Assembly: GCA_937911345.1 (NCBI GenBank)
Contig: CALDPP010000012.1
Span: 361 to 64,360 of the forward strand
Direction of reading: 5' to 3'
Source of the DNA: an uncultured euryarchaeote
GTDB lineage: Archaea; Thermoplasmatota; Poseidoniia; Poseidoniales; Poseidoniaceae
DNA length: 64,000 nt
The position numbers were made by a program, and so were the translations under genes. Under the pieces are notes generated by a model. That model searched no databases and was not told where the DNA came from. It saw nothing but the letters and a program-made list of their open reading frames with translations. Positions 50,976 to 60,510 of the stretch are shown one piece after another (position 1 is the stretch's first letter; each line of letters starts with the position of its first letter).

Positions 50976-51032
50976 GTACAGGCTTAATTAGTTCAGTTTG
51001 ATAATACAAATGGGTATTTGCTCAAGAATCTA

Positions 51033-51917
51033 TCAGTTAATTACTCTTCTTGGCTTACTGATAGCAAAGGTCAAGACAAATGCTACCAGGCTGAATAGAC
51101 AAGCTGAATAGTAGTGGCCCATGGTAAAAAATGACAATATTGATGCGGTTCTTAGGATGTATATTGAGCCTGTTTTCATAGCCCAAACGGTAAATCCTGC
51201 TGCCAGTAACGAAAGCCCAATGAAACCAATGCCGATTGTTGAATATATCATCGAGGCTCCAGAATCCATCAATGGGTGATCCATTTGACTTGGCGAGTTA
51301 TCAATTTCTCGAATTGTGCAATTTGTGGTTCCATCGGCACAATCCTGCTGAGCAAATTCCTCTTGGGAGGGGATTTCAAAATCAATTGAAGTAAAGCCGT
51401 ACGGCTCAAATAAAGCAGGAGGGGAAAGTAATACACGATTGGAATACTTATCCTTGAAATTGTCTCTATCTACTATTATGTCAACTCTCGTAATACCGGG
51501 ATCTAGTTTATCCATTTCAAAGAAGCCGTCTTTCTCGGTTTGCGATGAACTAGTATTCCAGTAATCTCCTTCATACCAAGAAATGTATACTGTGGCGTTC
51601 TCAATAGGCATTCCTTCATGATCATATACATAGCCACTGAATATCGCAGATTCATCGGGGGCATTTTGCGCAAATCTGAAGACAAATTCATCTGGCCTAA
51701 CTAAGCCCGATTCAGGTTGAGTAAAGTCTAGTCCATTCACTAATCCCAACAAACAGGTAATCAGTAACAATACTGCTATCGAGTTGCCGATTTTACTCAA
51801 TTCGTCTATCTCAATAGTTAATTTCGCCTGCGAGGTTGTGAACATTAAATCGCTGGAAGGTTCAGCAAGGCCAGTCAATTCATCGATGTAGCCACCGTTA
51901 GAATCGCTCTCGCCCAT
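51033..51917 (-). CDS. Membrane protein with a carboxypeptidase-regulatory-like domain
   Basis: GYVYDHEGMPIENATVYI...TEKDGFFEMDKL.PG. One N-terminal and 2-3 C-terminal TM helices. Confidence 0.7.
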   Translation of the reverse strand: MGESDSNGGYIDELTGLAEPSSDLMFTTSQAKLTIEIDELSKIGNSIAVLLLITCLLGLVNGLDFTQPESGLVRPDEFVFRFAQNAPDESAIFSGYVYDHEGMPIENATVYISWYEGDYWNTSSSQTEKDGFFEMDKLDPGITRVDIIVDRDNFKDKYSNRVLLSPPALFEPYGFTSIDFEIPSQEEFAQQDCADGTTNCTIREIDNSPSQMDHPLMDSGASMIYSTIGIGFIGLSLLAAGFTVWAMKTGSIYILRTASILSFFTMGHYYSACLFSLVAFVLTFAISKPRRVIN

Positions 51918-51937
51918 AAAGTTGCTAGAACTTCTTC

Positions 51938-53314
51938 CTACTTGACTTCAATGCGCCCGTCTGAGCTACTCACCAGCCTTGCGAGTGATTGTTTATTTAT
52001 CCAAACTTCAACAATCATATTACCATTATCTTGCAATTTTTTATCAATAATCATGCCTGAATCATATACGTCTGAAAGATAACCTTCGATGCCCCTGCCT
52101 GCTTCGCTGTGGATTAGCTGAAGAGTTGTTGGACTACCAAAGAGTTGAGTAAGCATTGCCTCTTGTAACTCAGAAAGACCGATGTCTTCATGCACAGAAA
52201 TACCCAAGGGTTGGGCGTAGCCGTGTTCCCTAACAATAGACTGTTTCTCCATTAATTCAGTCTCCGAAATGCCTTCTATTTTGGTTAACACACACATTAT
52301 TTTTCGCTCATCCAAGATATCAACGTCCTCTTCGCCGAGATAACGAGAGTTGATTTCTCTTTGAGTGGCGGAAATTTTCCGCTGAAATTCGTCTAATGTA
52401 TCCGTTGCATCGACTAAAACCATCAGCATATCGCACTCTAAGGCCTCAGACAGTGTTGCTCTAAAAGCATCCAATGTTGCATTTGGTAAATTGTCAATGA
52501 AACCAATTGTATCGGCAAGTAGGATTCTCGGGCTTGCCGCAAGGCGGCCGACGGTGGTTTCAAGGGTAGAAAATAACTTGTCCTCGACTAACACTTCTTT
52601 ACCAGACATTTTCAAAAAGAAACTTGACTTTCCTGCATTGGTATATCCAGCAATCCCAACAGTAACTGCACCGCTGCGAGTACGTTGCCTGCGGCGCTCT
52701 GCTTGGGCTTTGGAGTGTTTTCTCTGACGCTTTCTTAGCGAGGTTAATTCACGATTTACATTGGCGATTACTGCTTGTAATGCGGTAACTCCGCCGCCAC
52801 CATAACCTGCACGTTCGCCGGTTGTGGTTTGATTTGCCAATTCCCTTAACACAGTTCTATCCGATTGAAGACGGGCTATTCTTACCTGAGTCCTTGCTTC
52901 AAGAGAGTTGGCGTGAGCAGTAAATAGAGATAGCAATAACCGTACTCTATCCCACACCTCAACGTTAGTGGCATCGCTTACTGCAACTAATTGTCTTGGA
53001 GTTGCATTGGTGTGAATCAAGACTAGATCAATTTGTTGCCAAGGGTGGCCATCAACCCTCAAACGTAACTCATCTGAAATATCCTGCAAACGGCCCTTGC
53101 CAAAGTAGCCCTTGGCGTCTTGTTCGCCCGGCTGATTAATTGATTCGACTATCGTTATTCCCATAGTTTGAACGAGGCTTACAAATTCTGTAGTGTCTTC
53201 AGTTCCACGAACTAGAAGGAGTGCTTTTCTACCTTCATGGTTAGTTCTAGCCTCGCCTAGCGCCACACCACCAGCACCAGCAAGAACCTCGAAGTTCGGT
53301 TCCTGCTTCGCCAT
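51938..53314 (-). CDS. hflX: Ribosome-splitting GTPase HflX
   Basis: YFGKGR, DRVRLLL.LF..HA..EA..QV, GYTNAGKSS, LFSTL, DTIGFI. Start 53314 is supported by the promoter box. Confidence 0.9.
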   Translation of the reverse strand: MAKQEPNFEVLAGAGGVALGEARTNHEGRKALLLVRGTEDTTEFVSLVQTMGITIVESINQPGEQDAKGYFGKGRLQDISDELRLRVDGHPWQQIDLVLIHTNATPRQLVAVSDATNVEVWDRVRLLLSLFTAHANSLEARTQVRIARLQSDRTVLRELANQTTTGERAGYGGGGVTALQAVIANVNRELTSLRKRQRKHSKAQAERRRQRTRSGAVTVGIAGYTNAGKSSFFLKMSGKEVLVEDKLFSTLETTVGRLAASPRILLADTIGFIDNLPNATLDAFRATLSEALECDMLMVLVDATDTLDEFQRKISATQREINSRYLGEEDVDILDERKIMCVLTKIEGISETELMEKQSIVREHGYAQPLGISVHEDIGLSELQEAMLTQLFGSPTTLQLIHSEAGRGIEGYLSDVYDSGMIIDKKLQDNGNMIVEVWINKQSLARLVSSSDGRIEVK

Positions 53315-53333
53315 GGATGTGCTAAGAGTCATC

Positions 53334-53343
53334 CTCATATCAG
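53334..53343. promoter_or_regulatory. Bidirectional TATA-like element shared by hflX and the pcc1-like gene
   Basis: CTCATATCAG. CTCATATC (+) is 21 nt before ATG 53363 and CTGATATG (-) is 21 nt before ATG 53314. Confidence 0.6.
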
Positions 53344-53362
53344 CCCACCCCTTCGACCGTCC

Positions 53363-53587
53363 ATGGTCGAGTCCTATCGTGCAACCATTGAATGGGTTGG
53401 TAAAGCGGCACTCGGGACCATCTTACTTGCTGCGGCTTCTCGTCCTGGTTGCTCGGCAAATCTTACTGAGACTGGGGATGAGGCAAAATTGGTAATCATT
53501 GTACAGGATGATTCAATTCAAAACCTGAGAGACAGAGTTGATGAATTGATGATTGCCCTGTCTGATATTGAAGAAAATAATCAATAG
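53363..53587 (+). CDS. Small protein, possible KEOPS subunit Pcc1
   Basis: 74 aa. RATIEW...LVIIVQDDSIQNLRDRVD resembles the Pcc1 strand-helix pattern. Confidence 0.5.
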   Translation: MVESYRATIEWVGKAALGTILLAAASRPGCSANLTETGDEAKLVIIVQDDSIQNLRDRVDELMIALSDIEENNQ

Positions 53588-54360
53588 TCAATATCTAAGA
53601 TAACTGGGGCATGGTCTGAAATTTCAAGCCCTCCTTGTCGCTCAATCCTAACATCAGTTACTAGAGAATTAGCCGCTTCATTGAGCAGGAAGTAATCTAT
53701 TCGCCAACCTCTATCTTTTGCTCTCGCTTGTCCTCTGTTGGACCACCAACTATACTTCTTGACGCCTTCGCCGTGCTTTTCCCTAAATACGTCATGCCAG
53801 CCATCCTCAAGTAAATCAGAAAACCATTGGCGCTCTTGAGGCAAGAACCCACTCATTTTGGCATTACCTTTGGGATTCCAAATATCATCTTCTGTATGAG
53901 CTACATTGAGGTCCCCACAGACAATTACTGGTTGATTCGAATTCAGATAGGGTTGCAAAAATTTACGCCATTCATCCATCCACGTTTCTTTGAACTGCTG
54001 TCTTTCTTCTCCGCTAGAACCGCTAGGAAGATAGGTATTGATACAGGTTAGTTCGCCGTGCTTTGTAACTATTATTCTGCCTTCTATGTCCTCAGGGTCT
54101 ACCGCAGAGGGTTTGCCTGTTTGAATTACTTCCATTGTTGTACGAGACAACGTTGCAACCCCCGAATAACCCTTTTTTTCTGCAGTATGCAAGTGCACAT
54201 CATAGCCCTCCGGCCAAGACCAGTTCTTGGGCAATTGTTCGGGCAATGCCCTAACTTCTTGAAGCATCCAAATGTCTGCATCGATTGATGAGAAATATCC
54301 GTCTATGCCTTTCCTTATTGCTGCTCTAATGCCATTCACATTCCAAGATACTAGGCGCAT
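53581..54360 (-). CDS. xth: Exodeoxyribonuclease III / AP endonuclease
   Basis: SWNVNGIRA, LQE, GYSGVA, EGR, GDLNVAH, YSWWS.R, GWRIDY, SDHAP. Confidence 0.96.
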   Translation of the reverse strand: MRLVSWNVNGIRAAIRKGIDGYFSSIDADIWMLQEVRALPEQLPKNWSWPEGYDVHLHTAEKKGYSGVATLSRTTMEVIQTGKPSAVDPEDIEGRIIVTKHGELTCINTYLPSGSSGEERQQFKETWMDEWRKFLQPYLNSNQPVIVCGDLNVAHTEDDIWNPKGNAKMSGFLPQERQWFSDLLEDGWHDVFREKHGEGVKKYSWWSNRGQARAKDRGWRIDYFLLNEAANSLVTDVRIERQGGLEISDHAPVILDIDY

Positions 54361-54401
54361 AGTGGACTGTCATGATAGGAAGTGAATAACAATTTCATAA
54401 T

Positions 54402-55496
54402 CTAAAGTATCGATTTCAAACCCTTTGCTGCTCGTTTTCCGGTATCTGCTGCAGCATCAGATAAAAGATATTCAGATTTAACCCAAGGCCCAGCCAATAA
54501 AATTCTCTGGTTAGAAAATATATCATAATCAACGCAATTTGAGTAGCCAACGACTATTTTCTTTTGCTTTAGATCGGCGATTAAATGACTTTTCCACCCC
54601 GACAAATGAGTATCCAGTATCGATTCTAAGCGTTCAATTCTACTATTTTCAGTACCGCCAGTGATAATCGCTGAGATATGAGATCCTGTCGTGCCAAGTT
54701 TCGGTTGAATGGCCATATAATCAATTATTGCAGCATTGTTTTCATAATCGATTAAACAGTGCTTTCCAGCCATTGGTTTCGATGAAAGGCCCGCTTCAAT
54801 ACTAGCAGCAAATTTGGGTGAAAGATTTGCAAAATTGCTAGAATATATCTCTTCATCCACCTTTTCTAAAATCCTTTTAGCAGCCCCTGCTCCGCATGCA
54901 AGTATTATCGCATCACATTCGACTTCTCGCCCGTCTTTCAAAGCAACTTTCCCACCGTTTACACTAACAACTTCACAACCTGTTTCAACTAGTACTCCTA
55001 CTTCGTCAAGTGCCGCACCTAGTCTACCAATCAAGCCAATCCAGCCCTCATTAGAAACGCTAAATTTGGATTTTAGTAGCGACTTTAAGCGCTGCTCATT
55101 TTCTTCAATCCCCCATGTAGAAAGAAATTTTACTGACTCGAAATATGGATTTCCTGGAGTTTTTGCCCTAATTGACTGTTTGTTCAGAGCAGCTTGTTTG
55201 ACATTGCCGACTGGGCGAATTGGTCCAAATCCTACGACTTCTATTTTGTCGAGTCTAACCGACTTTATCGATGGTTTAACGCGGCTTAATTGCTTACATA
55301 ACTTGTAGAATGGTCCTGATTTATCAATCAGATGAGGTCCGAAGTGGAGTGAAAATCCATCACTATTTTGTGATGTTCCCCGGCCACCTATCTTGGATTT
55401 ACGCTCAAGAACAACTACGTGGTGTCCATCTGATACAGCATGTATTGCAGCAACTAGTCCTGCAATGCCTGCACCGATTACAACCACTCTCGCCAC
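54402..55496 (-). CDS. FAD-dependent oxidoreductase (amine oxidase/phytoene desaturase-like)
   Basis: VIGAGIAGL, LERKSKIGGR, C-terminal LLAGPW...DAAADTG. Confidence 0.75.
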   Translation of the reverse strand: MARVVVIGAGIAGLVAAIHAVSDGHHVVVLERKSKIGGRGTSQNSDGFSLHFGPHLIDKSGPFYKLCKQLSRVKPSIKSVRLDKIEVVGFGPIRPVGNVKQAALNKQSIRAKTPGNPYFESVKFLSTWGIEENEQRLKSLLKSKFSVSNEGWIGLIGRLGAALDEVGVLVETGCEVVSVNGGKVALKDGREVECDAIILACGAGAAKRILEKVDEEIYSSNFANLSPKFAASIEAGLSSKPMAGKHCLIDYENNAAIIDYMAIQPKLGTTGSHISAIITGGTENSRIERLESILDTHLSGWKSHLIADLKQKKIVVGYSNCVDYDIFSNQRILLAGPWVKSEYLLSDAAADTGKRAAKGLKSIL

Positions 55497-55546
55497 GCTT
55501 ATCCCACCGTGGCTTTAGGCATGAAACCATTGATTCATTTAGTGAT

Positions 55547-56110
55547 TCAGCCTTGCCTGCCTTCGATTGCTGAATTCAGCAAAGCAATTGCTGCAACCAT
55601 TCGCCTATCCATTGGATGACCTGGTGGTATCGTTAGCAGGGTCTTTTTGATAATTGGATTGAACTGTTGGTGGAGGGTAATACCTGCGTAGCCTGGTATT
55701 TCAAAATGGAACTTTGCCGGAATAAGTGGAATAAATCGCCGTAGAATGGCAATACTGTCTTCGATTAATTCGCCGTACTGGTTGCCTTCTGTATCAAGTA
55801 ATTTCCAACTATCCTTGACAATCGATTTTAGGAATTTACGCTTTACTGAGCCCACATGTTCATTAGTAGTTAAATCGATCACATCGTAAGTTGCCCCTAG
55901 GTCTATCATTTGGCGGGCTTTAATTTGTAGCAGTGCATGAGTACATGATTCATCAGAATACAGAATTATGTCCTCTTTTAATTTGAAGGCTTTTTGTTTA
56001 GAGTAGGCTATAACTTGGCCGTTTAAATCTTTGAACCAATAGGTTCCGCCAAAAATTTTTAGGAATTTTGTTTGGATAATATAGTTGTCCATCTCAAATA
56101 ATGGGTGCAT
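55547..56110 (-). CDS. LURP-one/scramblase (Tubby-C-like) family protein
   Basis: KQKAFKLKEDI..Y.DE, IKAR..ID..ATYDV.D, G.V.RK..KS...D.W. Confidence 0.65.
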   Translation of the reverse strand: MHPLFEMDNYIIQTKFLKIFGGTYWFKDLNGQVIAYSKQKAFKLKEDIILYSDESCTHALLQIKARQMIDLGATYDVIDLTTNEHVGSVKRKFLKSIVKDSWKLLDTEGNQYGELIEDSIAILRRFIPLIPAKFHFEIPGYAGITLHQQFNPIIKKTLLTIPPGHPMDRRMVAAIALLNSAIEGRQG

Positions 56111-56161
56111 GAGACTGCGAAGTGGTGGATAATCATATATTTGCCGCCGAATTTTCGAATA

Positions 56162-57127
56162 TTACAAATCGAGTAGGTAAGCAAAAATTAACGGCGCAAC
56201 TATTGACGCATCGCTTTCTATGACATATTTTGGGGTTGTTTCAGACAATTTTCCCCACGTAATCTTCTCATTAGGTGGAGCGCCGGAATATCCGCCATAT
56301 GATGTACTAGACTCGCTTATTTGACAAAACCATGACCACAATGGCACATCTCGTTGTAAATCTTGGTTCAGCATTGGAACTACACAGATTGGAAAGTCTC
56401 CAGCTATACCGCCACCAATTTGGAAAAATGCCAGAGGTGTTGTTTGACTCTCGTACCACTCTGCTAGTTCAGTCATGTAGTGTATGCCGCTTTTTATGAC
56501 AGATGGATTAACTCTAGAATCAATAACATGAGATGCGAAAATATTCCCGATGGTCGAGTCTTCCCAACCAGGAACAAATAACGGCAGATTATTTTTTGCT
56601 GCTGCCATTGTCCAACTTTCGTCCTCTGAGCCATCTACTGCCAAATCACCAGATAACAGAATTTTGTAGAAAAACTCATGTGGTAATGCTGATTTATTTG
56701 ATTGAGAATAGCTTTCCCAAATTGGCAATATTGCGGACTCGATGTTCCTTATCGCCTCGTTTTCTGGTATGCATACATCGGTGACTCTGTTGAGTTTCCT
56801 GTCAAGTAATTCCGCATCATCTTTAGCGGATAGGCTACGCCAATCTTCTATCGTTTCATAATGTGAATTAGCAGTTAACAAGAAGACGTCTTCTTCTAAG
56901 TTTGCTCCAGTACATGAAATGCCGGCAACATATCCAGAATCAATTAGCGGCGCTAAGGTTTTACCCAATCTAGCCGTACTCATTGCCCCGGCTAAAGTAA
57001 TGAATAATTTACCACCTGACTCTAGAAATTCGAGCAATGATCTTGCTGATTTTTTTACCTCGCCAGCATTAAAATGATGAAATTGATGTTCAATGAAATC
57101 GCGGATTTTCATAACATCATCATCCAT
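56162..57127 (-). CDS. Deoxyhypusine synthase-like protein (bacterial-like subtype)
   Basis: LAGAMST, CTGANLEED, PGWEDST, IGGGIAGDF, YGGYSGA, catalytic Lys in EKITWGK, IESDA. Confidence 0.9.
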   Translation of the reverse strand: MDDDVMKIRDFIEHQFHHFNAGEVKKSARSLLEFLESGGKLFITLAGAMSTARLGKTLAPLIDSGYVAGISCTGANLEEDVFLLTANSHYETIEDWRSLSAKDDAELLDRKLNRVTDVCIPENEAIRNIESAILPIWESYSQSNKSALPHEFFYKILLSGDLAVDGSEDESWTMAAAKNNLPLFVPGWEDSTIGNIFASHVIDSRVNPSVIKSGIHYMTELAEWYESQTTPLAFFQIGGGIAGDFPICVVPMLNQDLQRDVPLWSWFCQISESSTSYGGYSGAPPNEKITWGKLSETTPKYVIESDASIVAPLIFAYLLDL

Positions 57128-57497
57128 TAGTAAACCTGCTCGCTACCTTTTTCTTTTCTAATTTCATTGTTGGTGAAATCTGAAGTAATGCCTTATCCAT
57201 TTCTTCAATGATTGAATTGGTGTCGGTTGCACCACAAGTGAAGCAATCAATGGAGAGCCAACCTTTTTGCGAATAACAATGAGCAGTAAAGTGGCTTTCA
57301 TCCAATAGAACCACTGCAGCAAACCCAGGAGGAGATGTTTTTCCGTCGAAATGTTCAACATGCGAATGAACCCTATTAGCAGTACTTTCATCGATTATAC
57401 CCTCCATTATGGACAATATTTTACCGCCCAGATTCTCTATATCTGGGAAAAATCCTGTGTAATCCAGAAAGATATGGGTTCCGTGCGCATCGGGCAT
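57120..57497 (-). CDS. Pyruvoyl-dependent decarboxylase proenzyme, SpeD/AdoMetDC class 1b family (substrate uncertain)
   Basis: GTHIFLD, PPGFAAVVLLDESHFTAHCY (E|SH cleavage site), IDCFTCG. Confidence 0.88.
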   Translation of the reverse strand: MPDAHGTHIFLDYTGFFPDIENLGGKILSIMEGIIDESTANRVHSHVEHFDGKTSPPGFAAVVLLDESHFTAHCYSQKGWLSIDCFTCGATDTNSIIEEMDKALLQISPTMKLEKKKVASRFTNG

Positions 57498-57526
57498 TTG
57501 ATTTCAACTCCACTAAACATTTTTTC

Positions 57527-58486
57527 TTATTCGGTTTTTGAATTGATGTGGTAGACAATTCCTTTCGTAGCAAGCATTGCTGCGGTAAATTGAGTTAAAG
57601 GTGTATCTTGCTGTGGTACTATTTCATTCACATCCATACTAATCACCGTAGCTTTTGGCGCAGTAAATACTGCCTGAATGGTTTCTACTGCCTGCCAAAA
57701 ACTAAGCCCGCCTGGAACTGGCGTTCCAGTCGCTGGAACGATACTGCCATCTAATCCATCAATGTCTATTGTCAAATGTATCGGCCCCTCAATATTGTGC
57801 AGTGTATCTAGCCATTGTTGCCACTTAGTGTCACTCTTCAAGGTATCAGAAGCAAAAAATGTGGTGATTTTATCATCTGAGATAATTCGCTCATATTCTT
57901 GCTTTGAGAAGGCCCTAATACCGACTTGATAGAGATGTTTTATCCCGTAATCCATCGCTCTTGCGGCAGCACAAGCATGGGAAAATGGTTCGCCATCCAA
58001 TTCTTCACGTAGATCCGCATGAGCATCAATTTGTACAATGTTTAGTTTTGAATAATCTCCAGCAATAGTTGGATGTTCGGCAAGGGAATCAATTACTGCG
58101 GGCAAGATTCCGTGTTCGCCACCAAGAATTACTGGGAAAGTTTTACCATTATTCCATTCCTTTAGATACTTTGAAATTCCTGATAATTGCTGTTGCAGTG
58201 TACTTCCTTCACCATCCCATTCGGGAGCGGTGTGGATGTTATACCCTGCCGGCAAGTCCTCGCCGATAATTGGGTCGAACAGTTCGACTTGGCCGCTCGC
58301 AGCAACACATGCTGCAGGACCTTGCGCAGTTCCTTGACCATAGGATGTTGTAAGTTCATAAGGCACTTGTAAAACAACGACATCAATATCGTCATCTCTG
58401 CTTGGCAAACCCAAGAAGTTACCCTCGACGAATTCCTCTGCCACGAACCTTGGCAGGTCATTGTGGTATTGAGAGTTTGGTGTCAT
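57527..58486 (-). CDS. speB: Agmatinase (ureohydrolase)
   Basis: PYELTTSYG.GT..GP, GGEH, DAHADLR, VGIR, IDIDGLD, PATGTP.PGG. Confidence 0.92.
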   Translation of the reverse strand: MTPNSQYHNDLPRFVAEEFVEGNFLGLPSRDDDIDVVVLQVPYELTTSYGQGTAQGPAACVAASGQVELFDPIIGEDLPAGYNIHTAPEWDGEGSTLQQQLSGISKYLKEWNNGKTFPVILGGEHGILPAVIDSLAEHPTIAGDYSKLNIVQIDAHADLREELDGEPFSHACAAARAMDYGIKHLYQVGIRAFSKQEYERIISDDKITTFFASDTLKSDTKWQQWLDTLHNIEGPIHLTIDIDGLDGSIVPATGTPVPGGLSFWQAVETIQAVFTAPKATVISMDVNEIVPQQDTPLTQFTAAMLATKGIVYHINSKTE

Positions 58487-58611
58487 TTTTTCGGTGGTTA
58501 TTTGCCGGATGTCAGTAAAAAAAGCCCTTTTTGACCGATGATTTAATATGGGTCGGTGTACAATATAATTACTGTTCTCGGACAATAAGTGCGGGGGCGG
58601 GGGTTTTTGAG

Positions 58612-59034
58612 ATGGGCATGACATTAGGAGAATTAACGAAAGCAATTCAACAACATATCGACCTGGAAATGGATAGTGAAGTCGCTCAGGGCATGGCTGA
58701 GCACGCCCTTGGATTCTTCGGATTTTACAACAGAATTATTGATAATGCTCTTGAGCCAACTGATAGAAACCTTTTCTACATGTTTCAGGACTATAACCTA
58801 CTAACCACGGAAAGCGAAGAAACTACTTTGTGGGACGGCCGTGAATGGCGAATACATTACTGGAAGTTCAAGCCTGATCTGCGTGAGAGCGTCGAAGCAT
58901 ACATGCAACGCAGTAAGAAAACCGAGGAAATCGATCCGTTTGCAGATGTTTACTCTAGCGGTGATGCGGGACAAATATGGACTAGAGAATCTGAAAAGGT
59001 AGTTAATCCGAACGCTTTCACTAGCGATTGGTAA
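58612..59034 (+). CDS. DUF6015-like Thermoplasmatota protein
   Basis: FFGF..RIIDN.LEP.DR..FY..QD..LL.T..EE..L.DGREWRIHYW. G-rich SD upstream. Confidence 0.7.
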   Translation: MGMTLGELTKAIQQHIDLEMDSEVAQGMAEHALGFFGFYNRIIDNALEPTDRNLFYMFQDYNLLTTESEETTLWDGREWRIHYWKFKPDLRESVEAYMQRSKKTEEIDPFADVYSSGDAGQIWTRESEKVVNPNAFTSDW

Positions 59035-59083
59035 AACTGCGCCATAACAAAGCATTTTTGTTATACTATAATTACGGATTATC

Positions 59084-60475
59084 ATGCGAGTAGCACTGTT
59101 CCTTGTTGCATCTATGCTGCTCGCATCGATTCCTATGGCTACTGCACAAAATGATTCGGAAGAAGATGCAGTGTGGCCAGGAGACCCAATTGACAGCCAT
59201 GTTCACATGACTTGGGCCGCCATGACTTTGGAGGTTAACGGCTGGGCAGACGACTATCCAGAAATTGTCGACTTGATTAGCGCTGGAGAATCTGAACTCG
59301 GGAAGGCTTTGTGGGTGGTTCGACTATCTGATTGGTCGGTTGATACTAAAGAAAATGGCGATCCGAAAGAGATTGTATACATCGATGGAGGTCATCACGG
59401 CAATGAATACCTTGGAACTGCTCTGGCCTGGCTTTCAGCAAAATGGTACATTAATGGCTGGGCTGAAGGCAATCAAGAGGCAATTGATGTATTGAGAAAT
59501 ACCGAGGTCCATATACTGATTATGCTTAATCCGGATGGTAATGACATCGACACAAGATGGAATATCAACCAAGTTGACTTAAACAGAAATTATGACCATT
59601 ACTGGAACACTTGTCCAACTACTCAACCTGGTAGCAGTGCATTTAGCGAAGCTGAAACTGCAGCCAACGCTGCCTACATGAATGAGTACGTTACCGATGC
59701 AGATTTGTATGTAACTATGCATACTGGAGTTTGGATTATACTATACCCATGGGGCAAATGGGCCCATCAACCAGCAGATTGGGAATTATATTGGCAAATA
59801 AGAGATGATGTCAACGCAAACATCTCAGATATTCCAATGCAGAATGCTAACCAAGGATTGTATCCTAATTGTGGAACTAGTAGAGACTACGGGTATGGAG
59901 TTATGGGGCTTCCTACTTTCACCTTTGAAACCGATGATGAGCAATTCGTACCGGGTTCTTTTGAGAATCTAAACGATCGTCTTGAAGAAGAGATGGATGT
60001 AATGAGATATCTGATCAACAATGTATGGTATTGGCGTGCAAGATTAGATGTCCAAAGTCTAGAGGTTTTCAGTGATTCTGTAACATTAGACGTGGTAAAT
60101 CACGGTCAGGCCTCAACATCTAATGCTACTTTACAGCACGTCGATTCTAACGGGGAGATTATGTGGACGTCTGGCGCATTTACTGTGAATGCAAGTAACA
60201 GTACAAACATAGAGATGGACATTTCAGAAATAAGCGTTGATGATGGCGGTAGTTGGCAATTATACTATCAGAAGCGAGTAATAAATTCGTCTAAGTGGGT
60301 CACAGAACCAATCAACAGTAGTGTTGTGATGGCAAAGTCTAGCGATAATGGAGAAGGATTGTTTGGTTACGGAATCTTCAATCCGGTAACGGTGATTGTA
60401 TCGGTCGTCGGATTAGCGGCGCTGTTACGGCCAGAAGACGAGGAAATTTGTGAATCCGAGTCACACGATAATTGA
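59084..60475 (+). CDS. Secreted, membrane-anchored M14 zinc carboxypeptidase
   Basis: Signal peptide, GGHHGNE, NPDG, VDLNRNY, FSEAET, TMHT, FTFE, C-terminal TM. Confidence 0.9.
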   Translation: MRVALFLVASMLLASIPMATAQNDSEEDAVWPGDPIDSHVHMTWAAMTLEVNGWADDYPEIVDLISAGESELGKALWVVRLSDWSVDTKENGDPKEIVYIDGGHHGNEYLGTALAWLSAKWYINGWAEGNQEAIDVLRNTEVHILIMLNPDGNDIDTRWNINQVDLNRNYDHYWNTCPTTQPGSSAFSEAETAANAAYMNEYVTDADLYVTMHTGVWIILYPWGKWAHQPADWELYWQIRDDVNANISDIPMQNANQGLYPNCGTSRDYGYGVMGLPTFTFETDDEQFVPGSFENLNDRLEEEMDVMRYLINNVWYWRARLDVQSLEVFSDSVTLDVVNHGQASTSNATLQHVDSNGEIMWTSGAFTVNASNSTNIEMDISEISVDDGGSWQLYYQKRVINSSKWVTEPINSSVVMAKSSDNGEGLFGYGIFNPVTVIVSVVGLAALLRPEDEEICESESHDN

Positions 60476-60510
60476 AATGCTATCGCACATACGCCAGCAC
60501 AGGCGATAAC

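Noticed and set aside
57527-58645. Long N-terminal extensions given in the ORF track (speB; likewise polC, addB, pth2, pyrE, hflX)
   Set aside because: They overlap neighbouring genes or promoters. Downstream ATGs fit the homology and promoter spacing better.
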